NCBI GenBank assembly: GCA_964304625.1
Contig: OZ199839.1
Coordinates: forward strand, 5,648,311-5,712,310
DNA length: 64,000 bases
From: Kudoa neothunni
Lineage: Eukaryota > Animalia > Cnidaria
Direction: 5' to 3'
Shown: positions 1 through 13,412 of the stretch, in pieces
Numbering within the stretch: the stretch's first letter is position 1
How the letters are laid out: each line of letters starts with the position of its first letter
Translations under genes and position numbers: made by a program
The notes under the pieces: model-generated
Told to the model about the DNA's origin: nothing
Databases searched by the model: none
What the model saw: only the letters and a program-made list of their open reading frames with translations

Positions 1-2831
1 ATTGAAAAAAGGTTGTTTATCTCTATATCGATTACATTCGAATAAAATCACAACCGACCGACCATATATACCGTAAAAACAGTTTCCCGTCCTTAATGAT
101 CGTTTAAGGTGTTTACTGTTGAGGCAATCCAAAAACATAACAAATAACTCGCCCCTCGCTAAAAAATACATATCTTTAATCATCTATATGATCGTGAATG
201 TTTATGGATTTGATCGACTCTACAAGATTACCAACAGTTGTTGGTTAACGTTGATATCTTGAAGAAATTTGACCCAAAATTTCTATTTTCAAATATTTTC
301 AAATTAGGTTATTACAGTAAAATTAGACTATGTGATAATACTCCTGTTATTTGATTGGACATATCGACAATTATATTTTCAAATGGTGAAAAATCGTTCA
401 ACAAATCACTCATTTCAAGTTGATTAAGTTGGTCATAGTAGGAGCTAGTGAACTGTCTTAATTCATTATCTACCACAACGATTATTATAGAAGGACGCGT
501 ATATCACAGAATAAATCAATATATCAGTATATCAGTTACCAATAATATTATTGTTTGTCCTTTTGGATAGCAATCGAACAGAATATCCAATATAAAATAT
601 CTATTCGGTTAAATGGAATTATATATTACGATTATCAACCAAATAATAATTAATTTAGAGGAAAATAAAAATAATTCGTTTAAGCGTTTATTTTTGAAAA
701 GTGGTAATGTAATTTGCGATTAGATGTCATTGAAGTACATTTGTTTTCTTCAAATATAACTAGAATGAAAAATATCTTTAACTTTTAACTTGGTCAGAAA
801 AAATACTGAGCCTAATTCTTTCCAACATAATTAATTTCAAAAATCAGAATTTGTGATCATTAAAGTTTCAAAAATCTTAAAAAAGTTTGAAATCGGAAAA
901 ATACCAATAAGCAGTTTAGCTAAAATAAATCAAATCTCAAAAATATTAAAAAATAGTCTTTAAACATTTAAAAATTGCTCTATTCTCAGATCAATATTGA
1001 CCTAATAATGTTTCAAGAATATTGTTAAATTGATATAATTTATTAAATTAAACGTTAAGTAGATGCTAAAGACAAAATAAATCCTTTAGTTTAAATATGA
1101 GCGCGCATACAAATACATGCAATCAAATTTTGTGTCTTTAATTTATATTTAGGATAAATTGAGAATGTTGATTACATTGTGAGTGGCATAATACAAATAT
1201 GCAACTCTATCTAGCTATGTAGATATGTAGCTGTGTAGCATAGAGAGCAATCAGACTCAATTAGAGAAATCACAACCGCGCATGCTTTGTTAACATTTCT
1301 TCGGATAATCGCAATAACAATCGAGTAAAATAAAAAACATTACTTACATAAGTGCGAAGTGGAATTAAAAATTATGATCTTTTTTGACTGCGCAATTAAA
1401 AGAAAAAACCCACCACCGCGTATAAAAAATATTTATATCCACGTGATCATCGAAATCCTCTTTAAAGAAATACGCGCGCGCAATATAAAGCAATGTTGAA
1501 GTCGCGTGACATTCTGAAATCGGATATTGTTCATTTCACCTGGTGTAAAACTGCAAAACGGCGTATATCCTAGCATCAATTATTAGAGCGAGAAATATTT
1601 GTATTTGATCATGAAATATCAATTGACAATGTTTTAGGAATTTTTTCGTAAAATAAACTCTCAAATGTGAAGAATTAAATTTATAGTTATACATTTAAAC
1701 TAGTTATAATAGCTATTTATACGTGTGATGAATGAATTAACAAAATTTAAATAACGCGCACGCATATAGAAGAATTATGATACAATCGAGCAGACCACCT
1801 ACTTTATCCGCCAATTTCAAAGAAATAATTGCCTCGGGAACCGAACCCGTATTCACACAGAACGATTCATTGTCCTAAATAATCCTATAAACAACAACAA
1901 CAACAACAAACCCACCAACCTTCTTAACAATAAAATAACCACTCATGTAATCCTCAAATGAGCTATCGAGACACCAACGTATGGTTTGATTCATGAATAT
2001 TTTTAAAATGTGTTTAAGCAAACTAAAAATATATTAAATCTCCATTCATACACAATAAATTACCATTTCATAACTTGGGTTAACTCAGCCACACCACAAT
2101 AACATTGCTGACAAACCAGTGAAATCAAATGACATCCATTCAACTAAATTCCAGAAAAAGTATAACTCAATAAAATAAATATCGACACGATATTAATTAC
2201 ATCGGCATTAAACCGATAAATAATAAGCTACTAGAGATAATAGTTTTTAATCTTATAATAATTAATCCTTTTTTATGCGAATTAAAATAAATCACTTCTC
2301 TATTGTTTATCATATCCATTATTTTCGAGAGAAATACAAACAACAATTGATACTAGAATTGAGATTCAAGCGGGAAACAAACAAATGAAATACTTTGCTA
2401 ACACTGGTAGCAATGAACGAATAACTTGGTTGGGCATGCTTGAATTTCTAAAATCTATGATTTAAAATTCAAATCAAATCAATCCACATTCTCTATGTAG
2501 ATCAATTCTTGATAGTAGCGCACTAGAATTTCATCTAATCCGTTAGCGAATGCCCTCACATACACAGAAACGCCCTCATTGTATGTGGTTTGATCAATAA
2601 AATTTTTTATTCGTCTAATATAACCCCCTATAAGACAAATGGTGGTCATTTGGCTTTTCTCACCAACCGATACACCATCCAAGTTATCTACTATCTAAGT
2701 CAAATCTTCGGTCAACACTCATTAACACAACGTTAACTTGTAGTGATATAACGTTTTGATTTGGATTTTGAGTAAAAATCTCACTCTCAAACCCACAAAG
2801 GGCGTACAACACCCTCCTCTAATTCGAGCAT
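1..2831 (-). CDS. TUBGCP4: Gamma-tubulin complex component 4 (GCP4); multi-exon, 3' part beyond the left window edge
   Basis: Hand-spliced exons on GT-AG boundaries: MLELEE/VLYALCGFESEIF, SVYVRAFANGLDEILVRYYQEL, YQLLFVFL, LNGCHLISLV, QTIRWCLD..YFIVK, KLADK|IFYIGYSVRL, MIKDMYFLARGELF. These follow the GCP4 motifs ELLLALSG, IYLRAFCTGLD, FQLLFP, HGCQIL, AEKILFVGESV, IKDFYLLGRGELF in order. One extra base near 2812-2814 is needed to join the ATG at 2831; ~1.2 kb intron at ~601-1803. Confidence 0.88.
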
Positions 2832-3466
2832 GCGCGTTGAATGAGAAAAGATTATTTAAGCCAATAGGTTTTCAGTGGTGAAAGTACAAAACTGAAACAA
2901 ATTGGTTTTTTAAATCAATTCTCTCGATGCACAAAAATGATGCCTTTTTCACGCTAACGCATAACAAGAAGAAACGGGGTGTTTTCCCATTCAAATTGAT
3001 CGGATTTTAATTAGTCAATCGTATATATAAAACTGATCAAACGAGAAGGTGAAAATACACGAGAAAATTAAATTTAACAATGTAAACGTTATCAGTGAAT
3101 CACCTCACGCTAGCGCGTATTTCTCGTTTGTCATCGGCATAATCCGACTTATGCATCGCGAAATATTTGAGTCTCATTTTCACGAAATATTTGCATTTAA
3201 TTGAAATTTATCTTGTGCATATAATCGAATATTTATTTTGTATCGATATTAAACCTTAACAAATTTCTTGTTCTATATTACTTCTCATTTACGTGGTACT
3301 TATACAATTTCACACTTTTTTAATAATACAAAAATTATTTATTGAAATTTTTAGGTGTAAAACAAAAAATATTGTGCTTCAAGTGAAGTCTTCTAATTAA
3401 TGGATAAAAATATTCAAACTAAGAAATACAACTTCTTAATTTGCATAGATTTCATTGAAAAATTAA

Positions 3467-4834
3467 CCCGCATTGAATCAACAGCAGTAGTATACTTAAT
3501 TTAGTTCTTAAATTGTTAGTTGGTGTTAAAAGCTTCAAAAAAGTTATAAAAACAAAGTTTTAAATAATGCACAATTGGATGATAAAATTAATTATTACAG
3601 TTGGAACAAAACGCAGTATATCTTTGATTTCTGTGCCGTGCATACACAAACTTTCGACAATGGAAACAATCCATATTAGTTTTTTTGTCTACGTTCCTAG
3701 GAACCAAAGCACATCGTTTCCTACTTGGCTGTGGCAAACAATTCACTTCGGATGGCGAAGAATCATTCTTTTCATCAATAAATACGTCGATGCTGCCATA
3801 TTTTATATAATGTGGCAAATTTTTACAATGACTCTGGCGCTGAAGAACATTCCTCTTTGCTAACTGAATGGAAAGTTCGCGCAAAAAGTACTGTTGCTTA
3901 CTTCTACTGTTCTTTTTCCAACCGGGATATTTTTTACTCCATAGTATGTATGAATTTAAACAACATGCTATATCCAAAATATCCTAACGTAATGAATAAT
4001 TCAAAGGTCTCTAAAATGGTGTTGAAATTTGCTGACTCTCCTAAAAATTCAGAAGATGGAGGAATCTTGTTATAGGAACGATCCTTTGTTTTTGTGCGAG
4101 GTTCTATACTCCATTTAAAGCCAGATTGAGAAACTAACTCAAAATCGTGATTTTCTGTCACAAAAGAATAGCCCAAGTCCTCAGAAAAGTCTTCTTCTTC
4201 AACACCGCTATTAATGTCCTCAAGAAAATCCTCAGTGGATGTATCATCTGACTCAGAAATTTCATATTCTGAAGTGTCATAACGGTCAGTGGAAGAGGAA
4301 TCCTCAATATATTTCTCATATTCGTTGCTTATAATTACAAAATAAGTACTTTATCAAATTAAATAAAAAAAGAAAATTTTTAACACAACCAATTACCTTA
4401 TCAGAATTAGAATTAGAATAAAACTCGATCGAAATGAATTAACACGAGGGAGATTGGCAAACAGATGTCGGATTAACTTTCATAATTCCCCCCAAAATAT
4501 CACAGTGTAACTTTAAATTTGATTTCAACCCATGATATCTATACAAAAAGACATTTCCAATTAATATGAAAGGTTAATGTAGCTATGAAATAAAATAGGA
4601 GATGAGGTTGGCATTATTTCTTAAAAAATATGTAAGACGTCATTTTAAAAGCGAAAACTATTTATTATAATTAAATAAAATTATATATAAAAATATTTAA
4701 ATAGAAGCCTTTTATCTTTATAGAGGAATTCAGGAAATTTTACAATCGAAAATTAAACGTGTTTGAAATTATAAACAAAATGGTTATTTTGGGGTCCCTG
4801 AGTGGTCCCGCTTCGGGCGGACGGGCAGGCAGGG
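3467..4834 (-). mobile_element. Internally deleted piggyBac remnant
   Basis: Terminus GGG|TTAA at 4832-4838 with a GC-rich subterminal palindrome; acidic N-terminal transposase fragment (~4330-4060); C-terminal fragment 3977-3588 (DIACCLNSYILW...RKRC...CFHCRKFV...CSNC, Cys-rich domain); DDD core absent. Left boundary (TTAA CCC at 3463-3469) is uncertain. Confidence 0.7.
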
Positions 4835-5305
4835 TTAACTGTGTGCACCAATAACTTTTTAAGGGATAAAAAAATAGAAAAAAAAATAAAAGAGATAGAA
4901 AACTTATGAAAATTAATCGATATTGCTAAAATTAGCAACGCTTGGTCCGGCATCAACATTAATACAGTTTTCCCAAACAAATAGCTAAAAATAGCGCCAA
5001 TTTCAACGTAAATAATTTAATTTAAATAATTGGGTGAAATAAAAGTACAACCATCTGCATTGAATTTAATGAAACCTATGGACTCAGAATTTCCATTATA
5101 ACGCTTCAATCAATGTAACTTTAACGTTCTCCATAAATTCTTTATTCATTAAACGTATATAGATTTTTTATCACATTGAAAACCATTAATAGAACTTATA
5201 AAATATACTTATCAAGTCATATACGTTAAAACTCCACAAATAAGGAATGTATTTAAACAGACATCCAAATAGAAATTCCAACCTTATATATATATATATA
5301 TATAA

Positions 5306-5338
<33 letters not shown>

Positions 5339-5677
5339 AATAGAAGCAGTTAATGAACATATGATGGAGCATATAAGGGAGATAGTAAACTTCAACCGAC
5401 CATAATCATGAAAATCATGAAAATCATGAAATAAGCAAGTGCTAATCCTATAGTTGAACTCATGTAATCCGATAAACAAACTTCAAATCGACAAAATCAC
5501 TATTTCATAAATACTTTTTGGAAACTTTAGTAGTCCGAAAACAATTAAACTATTTTTGTAAATATCACAGATTTATAAAAATTTTATATATAACTCTCTA
5601 TAAGGAAAAAAATTGTGTACTTAGGGGTAAACACACGCACAAACACTACTACTTTATATAAATATATGTATAAAGGA
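4835..5677 (-). mobile_element. Non-autonomous Helitron-like family A, 5' part (cut at the piggyBac TTAA)
   Basis: Reverse complement aligns with 26660-27430; 5' end A|TCCTTTATA at 5677, the same start as the copy at 25355. Confidence 0.7.
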
Positions 5678-5694
5678 TTGTGAAATTATGTTAA

Positions 5695-6192
5695 AATAGC
5701 GAATACGTGAGTTACCACTCACAGCTTTTTTAAAACATCATTTATAAGATTGCGAAAAAAGGATTAACAATTAATATGTATATTTCGGAGGTATCTATCT
5801 TAGGTTGATTTTATTTTTTTATCGTTTGTGGATTAATAATAAATTTTATAACTAGAAGGATTAATGTTTATCGCAAAATTTTGAAAAAGAACTAAAAGTC
5901 CTATTTAATTTACTTAATGATTTTGTTAAATAAATAAATATATATTAATCCTTAACCAAATCGCTCATAAAATTAAAGTGATTACATTTTTGGCCAATAA
6001 TTTGTCAAAGAAACTCAAAAATACTCATTAATATCCTTAAAATAATAAATTTATTTTCGAATGGAAAGTACGCACACTATTTTGTTCATCACATTGTAAA
6101 AATAATGACAAGCTTTTAAATGCATCAATTATAATAGAGAAATAAAATCTCACATCCCGCAGTAATGAGTAATGCTGTGCATTAACGTTAGT
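5695..6192. repeat. ~490-bp near-identical direct duplicate of 11162-11659
   Basis: GAATACGTGAGTTACCACTCACAGC...GCTGTGCATT occurs in both places with roughly 15 differences. Confidence 0.92.
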
Positions 6193-6401
6193 TTATGAAA
6201 AGTTGGCCGGCCATGTAGAAATAACTACACACAGACAAACAATTACGGTTGTTTGCGCTCTAACACACTGTAAACCTTGTGTTGATAAACAACACCGAAA
6301 GTCATTTAAAAAGCAGATCGAAAATAGAAAGATTTGATATAGACAGTACTTATCTCTAAAAAGAACTACGTACAGAAAAAACAATTTTTATCGATAAAAA
6401 T

Positions 6402-7609
6402 TTATTTCAGATAGTCCAAAGTTTTTTGAGGTATTTTTTCCAAAAGAGGCTTATAGAGGGATTCACTCGTAGCAATTATTCCATGGTTATTTTTGATTGG
6501 AGCATCACTGGAATAGTTGAAAAAATGACCGAAAAAATCGGTAACAATAAGAGGAGGATCCATCGATCGACAAACAGCATCAGTCGCACAAATATCCCAC
6601 TTAGATGTGCCTTTACCAGGATAGACAAAGGCGTCCACATGTTTTTCCATCAGCTAACAACAAAAAATAGTCAATAAAATGGGATGATAACTGATTGATG
6701 GTTGAAGCTGAATTACTTCGATCGCTTTAAAGCCAGCTCCAGGAGTGTGTAGAATTTTGTCCGCTCCCAAATTACTCACTGTACTCAACACAATTCCATC
6801 TACGTGAGTTTTTGACGTTGCAATGACATAAGAGCCTGATTTTTCGGCCGATAAATCCTCGAGATTGAAAGCACCAACTCCAACAATACCCCAAACAGTT
6901 CTTCCCTTGGAGTTGGTATTTTTGTGGAATGGTTGATGTATGACACCGGCAATAGGTTCACCACTCTTCAGCGCGATACCAATGAGCACAGTTACATGTT
7001 CTCGTATACCAGCAGCAAAATCTGTGGTTCCATCTAATGGATCCAACCAAATAACCAACTAAAAATAATATCGATCAGTCAAATTGTATTCTATCGATTC
7101 TATGTAAGACAAATGTATCACATCTTGTTGGGTGATATTTTCATATCGTTGAGGTAGTTGTGTGCAACGTTCTAAAACTTCATTACTTGGGGTGAGTTGA
7201 TTATTGACAAACTCTTTATCTTTATCACGTTGAGACAGAGAGGTCAATCCGGTTGATTCCTAGTTGAGAAATTGTATTAATTTCATCGTAAAAAAAACCG
7301 ACAGATTGAAAGTTTCTCCAAGATTATACCTCCTCGCCAATAATTTTGCAATCGGGGTATACTTTCCTTAGACTACTCACGATAATCATTTCAGCAACAC
7401 GATCCGCCTCTGTTTGAGGATCGAACTCTCCTATTTCACTATCACCCTATATCAACAAAATCAATCAGATTTCTCTCTCTCTCATGTGATATCAATTATT
7501 CAATCACTTTATTGATTATTTTTAGGTCATCATCTGTGGATATTCTACGAATGGATGCACCTGCATTTTCCGCTAATGATACACATAAAGCAACCAAATC
7601 ACGAATCAT
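6402..7609 (-). CDS. BPNT1: 3'(2'),5'-bisphosphate nucleotidase 1 (inositol monophosphatase family), 5 exons
   Basis: Spliced: MIRDLVALCVSLAENAGASIRRI..IINK|GDSEIGEFDPQTEADRVAE..KIIGEE|ESTGL..QQD|LVIWLDPLDGTTDF..HVTVLIGIA..PIAGVIHQPF..GAGFKAIE|LMEKHVDAFVYPGKGTSKWDICA. Contains the QTxAD, IIGEE, DPLDGT and KWD motifs. An alternative in-frame ATG lies at 7663. Confidence 0.9.
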
Positions 7610-7679
7610 TTCCAACCAACTATCCAATGCTTTTATTAATCCTACGCATAACTTCGGCTTCATTCAACCACAATCGTAA

Positions 7680-10600
7680 ATGTTTCAATGTTTCTTTCAT
7701 CGATTCTTTTACCAGTTCTCCACTAACTCTCGGTCATATTTGTTTTTAAAAAATAAAAGATACTTATTTGTATATTTTTTAATGGTTTCTACTTGATGAG
7801 AATTTTGATTTAGATTAATGATGAGAAATCACGTTTTTTTAACATTCCCTAACGCGTTATGTGTAGCAAGGATAGCACTAGGACCAGCAACTGTGTATTA
7901 TGTTGGTGAGAAAAAGTATAGAACAAGTCTCAGTTTGACTGGACTTGCCGCGCTCACTGACCTTGTAGGAATTGTTTTTTCTTTTTTCGGTGCAAATAAA
8001 TAAAAGTTTTTAGGTGGATGGTTATATAGCGAGGGCGATTCCATCTCAGGCTTCCAGATTCGGCAGCATTTTTGACCCTATCGCCGACAAAACATTCATG
8101 TTATGTTTGACTTCGGCTCTTGGATATTACGGCTTGATCCCGAGTAATTGGCAATATCTGATTCTATTCAATGTGGGACGGTACGCCGTGATTAGTTGAG
8201 TCCAATTTTTCACTCCAATCAAATCAACTTAAACATACACGAAATTCGCTCATGTTATAACTAGTTCGTACTCCATTAATTTGCTACAAATAATTAATTC
8301 GTATAAATTTAATCCCATACGCATAATAGTTGTCTATCGTTAAATCCCTGCCTGGTAATGTGTTTTTATGTTGAATGTAATTGAGAATTGAAACCCCTAC
8401 CCTAGTAACAAAGCATTCTATGCGATGCATACATAAGAAATCTACAACATATTATATGAATATTGTATAAGACGCGCCTGCGTGTATTTCCGTCAAGTAG
8501 TATTCATATGTGCGCGTGTACATTTGACGTGATATTCTTTTGTTGTCACTTATTTTTGGGGGTGTCAAACAATAAAATTTAAATTACTTCATTTGAGCTA
8601 GTAGATATTCGGAAAATTTTAATTACATGGGAAGGTGATCACTCTGAAATCAGACATTATTTAAGTGTTATTAGAATTATTTTTTTATTAATATTTCCAG
8701 TCAACTATTAACTATTGGGGAAAAAATTTTTATCGTTAACGATAAGGAAGTAGATAGGTCAGTAGTATTGCTTTTCGAGCTGCTGTCAATCACTATCACA
8801 GTCAAACCTCCATTATCCGGAAAATTTGCGATCAGCGATTTTCTTTCTGAATAATCGAACATAAGAAATTATGTAGGCGGACGTATTTTAATAAAAATTT
8901 CGAGTGAAAGGATTTTTTTATTGGGTTCTCATTTTTCCTTGTGATTCAATGATTAATAGTCGATTAAAAGTTTTATGAGCGTTTTAACTTTTTGAATCGT
9001 TATAAATAACCATATTGAAGTTTATATATTATTTTCTGACCTCAAACAAATAATTTCAGCATGAAAGGATTAATAGTAACCTTTTTGTATTGTTGGGGGG
9101 CTGCGTGATTTTTGTTAAGAGTGGTTTTAGTTGTTTCTACCCGACATAAATATCATATTTTCAAGAATGTCGAATATCTTTAAATTTATGATGGCAGCAA
9201 AATTGTATAATTTAAAATCAATAATTAAACGGTTCAACTCTTTAAATCAAAATCTAAATGTAATAACAATAACAACAACAACAACAACAACAATAATCAG
9301 TGTTACTAATGAAATCAATATGTTTTCATTTAATCTTACTCCTGACACTTCTTAATGCATTATAATGATGTATATCATCTAATGTAATCAATACTAATAA
9401 AATGTGAGTGATCTTATTTATTCAATTATCACCATTTTCGTCAACAACAATATTCGAACAAAATCTCATTACATTATAAATTAAAGTTGCTTTTCTCCTG
9501 ATTAGATTACGAATAATTTTGTAGCAATGAATATTTGTCATATTAGTGAAGTTGTTACATACTTAAAATTCTAGTTGTGCGCTTGCGTGTCATTTAAAAA
9601 TATCGGGTTTGATTTAAATTGTCTGTGCTAATTTCAAAGAATATATATTCGCGTGGCCACTCTAATTTTTATACGGATATTCTAAAGATATGAGTAGATT
9701 TTATAAACTTTAGTTGTGTGTCACGAAAAAGATATGTGATATTTATATATTTAATGAAATATCGGATTTCCTCATTTATTCACACAAAACTAATATTATC
9801 CAACTGTATTTAGGTGTTTAAGACTGAAATAATAAACTTTACAAGTCTATTTCGTCTAGTCACGTGACATCCACTCCGTTTAAATATTTCTATCAAAACA
9901 AAATTTTCTCTACATAATATTAAATTGAAAAAATTTATTCCCAATATATACATATATATATGTATAATCCTTTTTCTGTCAATTTGTGTGCGCATGGATA
10001 AACTTTTTTTAAGTAGTTTTTAATTCACATTTGAATAGAAGATACTGTTGAGAAAAATCGTTTCATTTACGTATAAGTACAAATATAATCAATATCGTTA
10101 TCAGAAGTAATGAATTTTCTGGCTGTTCACATCAATTAACAGATTTTAAGAAATACTTGCATAATATTGATGTTTGTTTACTTCTGATTGATGATTGATA
10201 GCCAAATAAAATGAATTTTTACTCACGATATACAACGAGAATCTGCTGATTATGGTGTGTAATGTTTTAAAAATGTTATATATGCTTGTTTGGAGTAATT
10301 TTAAGACAAATAAAATTATAAACTTAACAAAATTATTTTGAATGTATTTTCAATTTTACAACATTATAGATATATTTTAGGCAAAAATGACTTATGATCA
10401 TTTTAAATAAAACACATAATTGGAGATTGAAGTTGTTGCCACGTTGGAATAATTTTGGTCTCTATACGCATTCTAAAAATGATGTAAGACATGTGTAGAG
10501 TTTTCAAATAATTAAATTTTTGCGAAAATTTATTTTTATCCAATATATCGATTAAGTTATATTCTATATTCGTCTTTTCGATGAGTTTTTACTCATTTTT

Positions 10601-12156
10601 TGGTTTTCCTAAACTTTCTTGCAAAACAGCTGGCATCACTAATTCGACAAGTTTCTATAGTTGATGAGATAATTTTTTAAATATTATTTAAGTTCTTGGC
10701 AACCAATTATTCCTTACCCCCAGACTTTTTAAGGTTAACATTCAAATCAATATATAATTTTCTTTTCGCCAAAACTAACTCATTATGATAAAAAGTGTTG
10801 CATTAAAATATGCAACACCGCGTTCTATTCTTCTATACGTAGTTTAAGAATTTATATTCACGATTACTTTTGCGCAAAATACAGTACAATCCCAATACGT
10901 GCCATGTAAGTTAATAAGGAATTATTGGTCTATTCGATCCAACCGATATTTTCACAAAGTTTTCGTTAATCTAAGAATAGTTGTTCAATACGAAGAGATT
11001 TTTTAGGGCAATTAAACAGCACGTTAATTTTTTAAACAAAAAACATCTTTACATTTTTGATATAATCGATTTTGATAATTGAATTTATATATTTTTGAAC
11101 CAGTAAGTATTATTGATAAAAAGCAAGGTTGGATTTGTTTATAAATGGGGAATTTCGTTACAATAGTGTGAATACGTGAGTTACCACTCACAGCTTTTTA
11201 AAACATCATTTATAAGATTGCGAAAAAAGGATTAACAATTAATATGTATATTTCGGAGGTATCTATCTTAGGTTGATTTTATTTTTTTATCGTTTGTGGA
11301 TTAATAATAAATTTTATAACTAGAAGGATTAATGTTTATCGCAAAATTTTGAAAAGAACTAAAAGTCCTATTTAATTTACTTAATGATTTTGTTAAATAA
11401 ACAAATATATTTTAATCCTTAATTAAATCGCTCATAAAATTAAAGTGATTACATTTTTGGTCAATAATTTGTCAAATAAACTCAAAAATACTCATTAATA
11501 TCCTTAAAATAATAAATTTATTTTCGAATGGAAAGTACGCACATTATTTTGTTCATCACATTGTAAAAATAATGACAAGCTTTAAAATGCATCAATTATA
11601 ATAGAGAAATAAAATCTCACATCCCACAGTAATAAGCAAAGCTGTGCATTGGCGTTATTTACTTCAAAATCAATGTTGATCTCTAAATATTGACATTATT
11701 GAATTAATTAACTCAATTTTATTATAGACTACCTGATGACTACAATTATCGGAAGAGATTTAATGCTAGGATTCCTCTCAGTATACGTACGCTATTGTAA
11801 GATAGGAACCAAAGTTTCGCTGAACTCCATACGAATCAATCCAACATTCCTAAGCAAAGTAAATTTACGTACAATTCGAGCAAGGGATTATTGTAAAAAA
11901 CCTAACTTTGAATAGTTCAATACTGCACTACAATTGGTAACATTGCTGCTGTCGCTGCTTTCCCGCAAAACCAATCTGACTCGACCTCCAAAAAACAACC
12001 AACTCGAATATCTCTGGTATGTTTCATGTGTAATTCAGACAATTTAATTAAAAGAATAGGTTGGCATGTGCCATAATAACTGCGATAAGCGGACTCGACT
12101 ACCTATACAAATGTCTACAACCTGGCTCACTCAATAAACCCTTCAAATGCTGTTGA
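7680..12156 (+). CDS. CRLS1: Cardiolipin synthase (CDP-alcohol phosphatidyltransferase)
   Basis: Exons 7680-7732 (tentative, presequence-like MFQCFFHRFFYQFSTNSR), 7814-7964 (FPNALCVARI..LTDL), 8014-8143 (VDGYIAR..FGSIFDPIADK), 11728-11858 (IIGRDLML..YVRY..PTFLSK), 11916-12016 (FNTALQL), 12060-12156. The frame is continuous and the DGxxAR..G..D...D motif is present; one intron is 3584 nt. Confidence 0.9.
8799..8870 (-). mobile_element. Solo arm of the pogo/Tigger-like MITE family inside the CRLS1 long intron
   Basis: CAGTCAAACCTCCATTATCCGGAAAATTTGCGATCAGCGATTTTCTTTC matches the reverse complement of the right end of 52255-52897. Confidence 0.7.
9990..11659. repeat. Unclassified ~1.6-kb interspersed repeat; diverged copy at ~27930-29450
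   Basis: Colinear blocks, e.g. TCGTTATCAGA..GAATTTTCTG, GTTTGTTTACTTC, ATGAATTTTTACTCAC, TTATGATCATTTTAAATAAAAC, CTATACGCATTCTAAAA. The 3' part (11162-11659) is also copied at 5695-6192. Confidence 0.7.
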
Positions 12157-12237
12157 TCGAAAAAACACCATTTTTATATATTAAAATAAACGGATGTGTG
12201 TAATTTGTTGGAAAAAATTGTTTTTATATCAAATATA

Positions 12238-13412
12238 TCAAATTAGAGGGACATTTTCGTATTGTTGAGGCATAGTGTATTCCAAAATTTTGGAATGTAC
12301 AAATTTTTTAATGAAACCAATATGAGGGTATTAATTCCACTTCCAGTTTGAATTTAATAGGTCTTCCCCTATATTATAAATAATATACATAAATAATATA
12401 CATAAATAATATAGATAAATAATATAAATAAATAATATAAATAAATAATATAAATAAATAAATAATATAAATAAATAAATAATATAAATAAATAAATAAT
12501 ATAAATAAATAAATAATATAAATAACATAAATAATATAAATAACATAAATAATATAAATAACATAAATAATATAAATAACATAAATAATATAAATAACAT
12601 AAATAATATAAATAACATAAATAATATAAATAACATAAATAATATAAATAACATAAATAATATAAATAACATAAATAATATAAATAACATAAATAACATA
12701 AATAATGAAAATCAATGAAAATCAATTAATATCAATGAAAATCAATTAATATCAATGAAAATCAATTAATATCAATGAAAATCAATTAATATCAATGAAT
12801 ATCAATGAAAATCAATATGTTAGGTCGAGCTTATTTTACAAAGCAACTCAACATATCAACATACCGTAGGTAATGACCATCATCCTGTAAAGTGTATTCC
12901 GAATAGATGTGGTCTTTTTTCACAATGTGATTCTCATGACGCCTAACAATTTTGTCATAGAGAAGAATTTCGTTACGAGGCTGAATAAAAGCAGTTAATC
13001 CAACACAACACAACCACCACTCTCACATTCAAAGGGCTACTGTAATAAGCTATCAGATGGAGATTGACTTGTTTACAATTCCAATGGAAATTTTTGGTCA
13101 AATCTTGATAAAATTACTGTGTGTTTTTAGAGTGTTAGCTTACTTGCGTTCAAACTCAAAACAAATCTAGCACCATCTATATCCAGCATTCTTCCCACAT
13201 AAATCTTTTTTCTAATCAACAAAAAAAAATCACACCACTCAACTCAGGACGAGGGTGTTTATTTACAGATTAACCGATTGCAGCGCAAAATCGCCATCCA
13301 ATTCCATCCTATCTAGATAGTAACCAGATAGCCATATTGCTGACGCAAGAACAGCCATTGTAATGCTCAAATGTGAGACAACTGTGTTGAGTCTTGATTG
13401 AAAGGTGTCCAT
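12238..13412 (-). CDS. SPCS3: Signal peptidase complex subunit 3 (SPC22/23), 5 exons
   Basis: MDTFQSRLNTVVSHLSITMAVLASAIWLSGYY..SVNL|KKIY..LSLNA|NLTKNFHWNCKQVNLHLIAYY..|PRNEILLYDKIVRR..LQDDGHYLR|GRPIKFKLEVELIP/HIG..MPQQY. Matches FDWNVKQLFLYL, NQVVLWDKIV, DDGNGLKG. Needs one base removed at 12326-12328 in the last exon. Confidence 0.9.
12372..12816. repeat. Compound minisatellite in SPCS3 intron 4: 9/13/18-bp AAATAATAT/AAATAACAT units, then 20-bp ATCAATGAAAATCAATTAAT units
   Basis: Tandem units are directly visible. Confidence 0.95.

Noticed and set aside
7818-8199. Truncated cardiolipin synthase pseudogene
   Set aside because: The remaining exons are present in frame at 11728-12156.
12320-12345. 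Stop-codon reassignment (WN*YP frame in SPCS3)
   Set aside because: Intron phase dictates the other frame, and TAA/TGA terminate other genes normally.
12331-12725. Three overlapping 113-122-aa low-complexity ORFs
   Set aside because: Translations of an intronic minisatellite in SPCS3.
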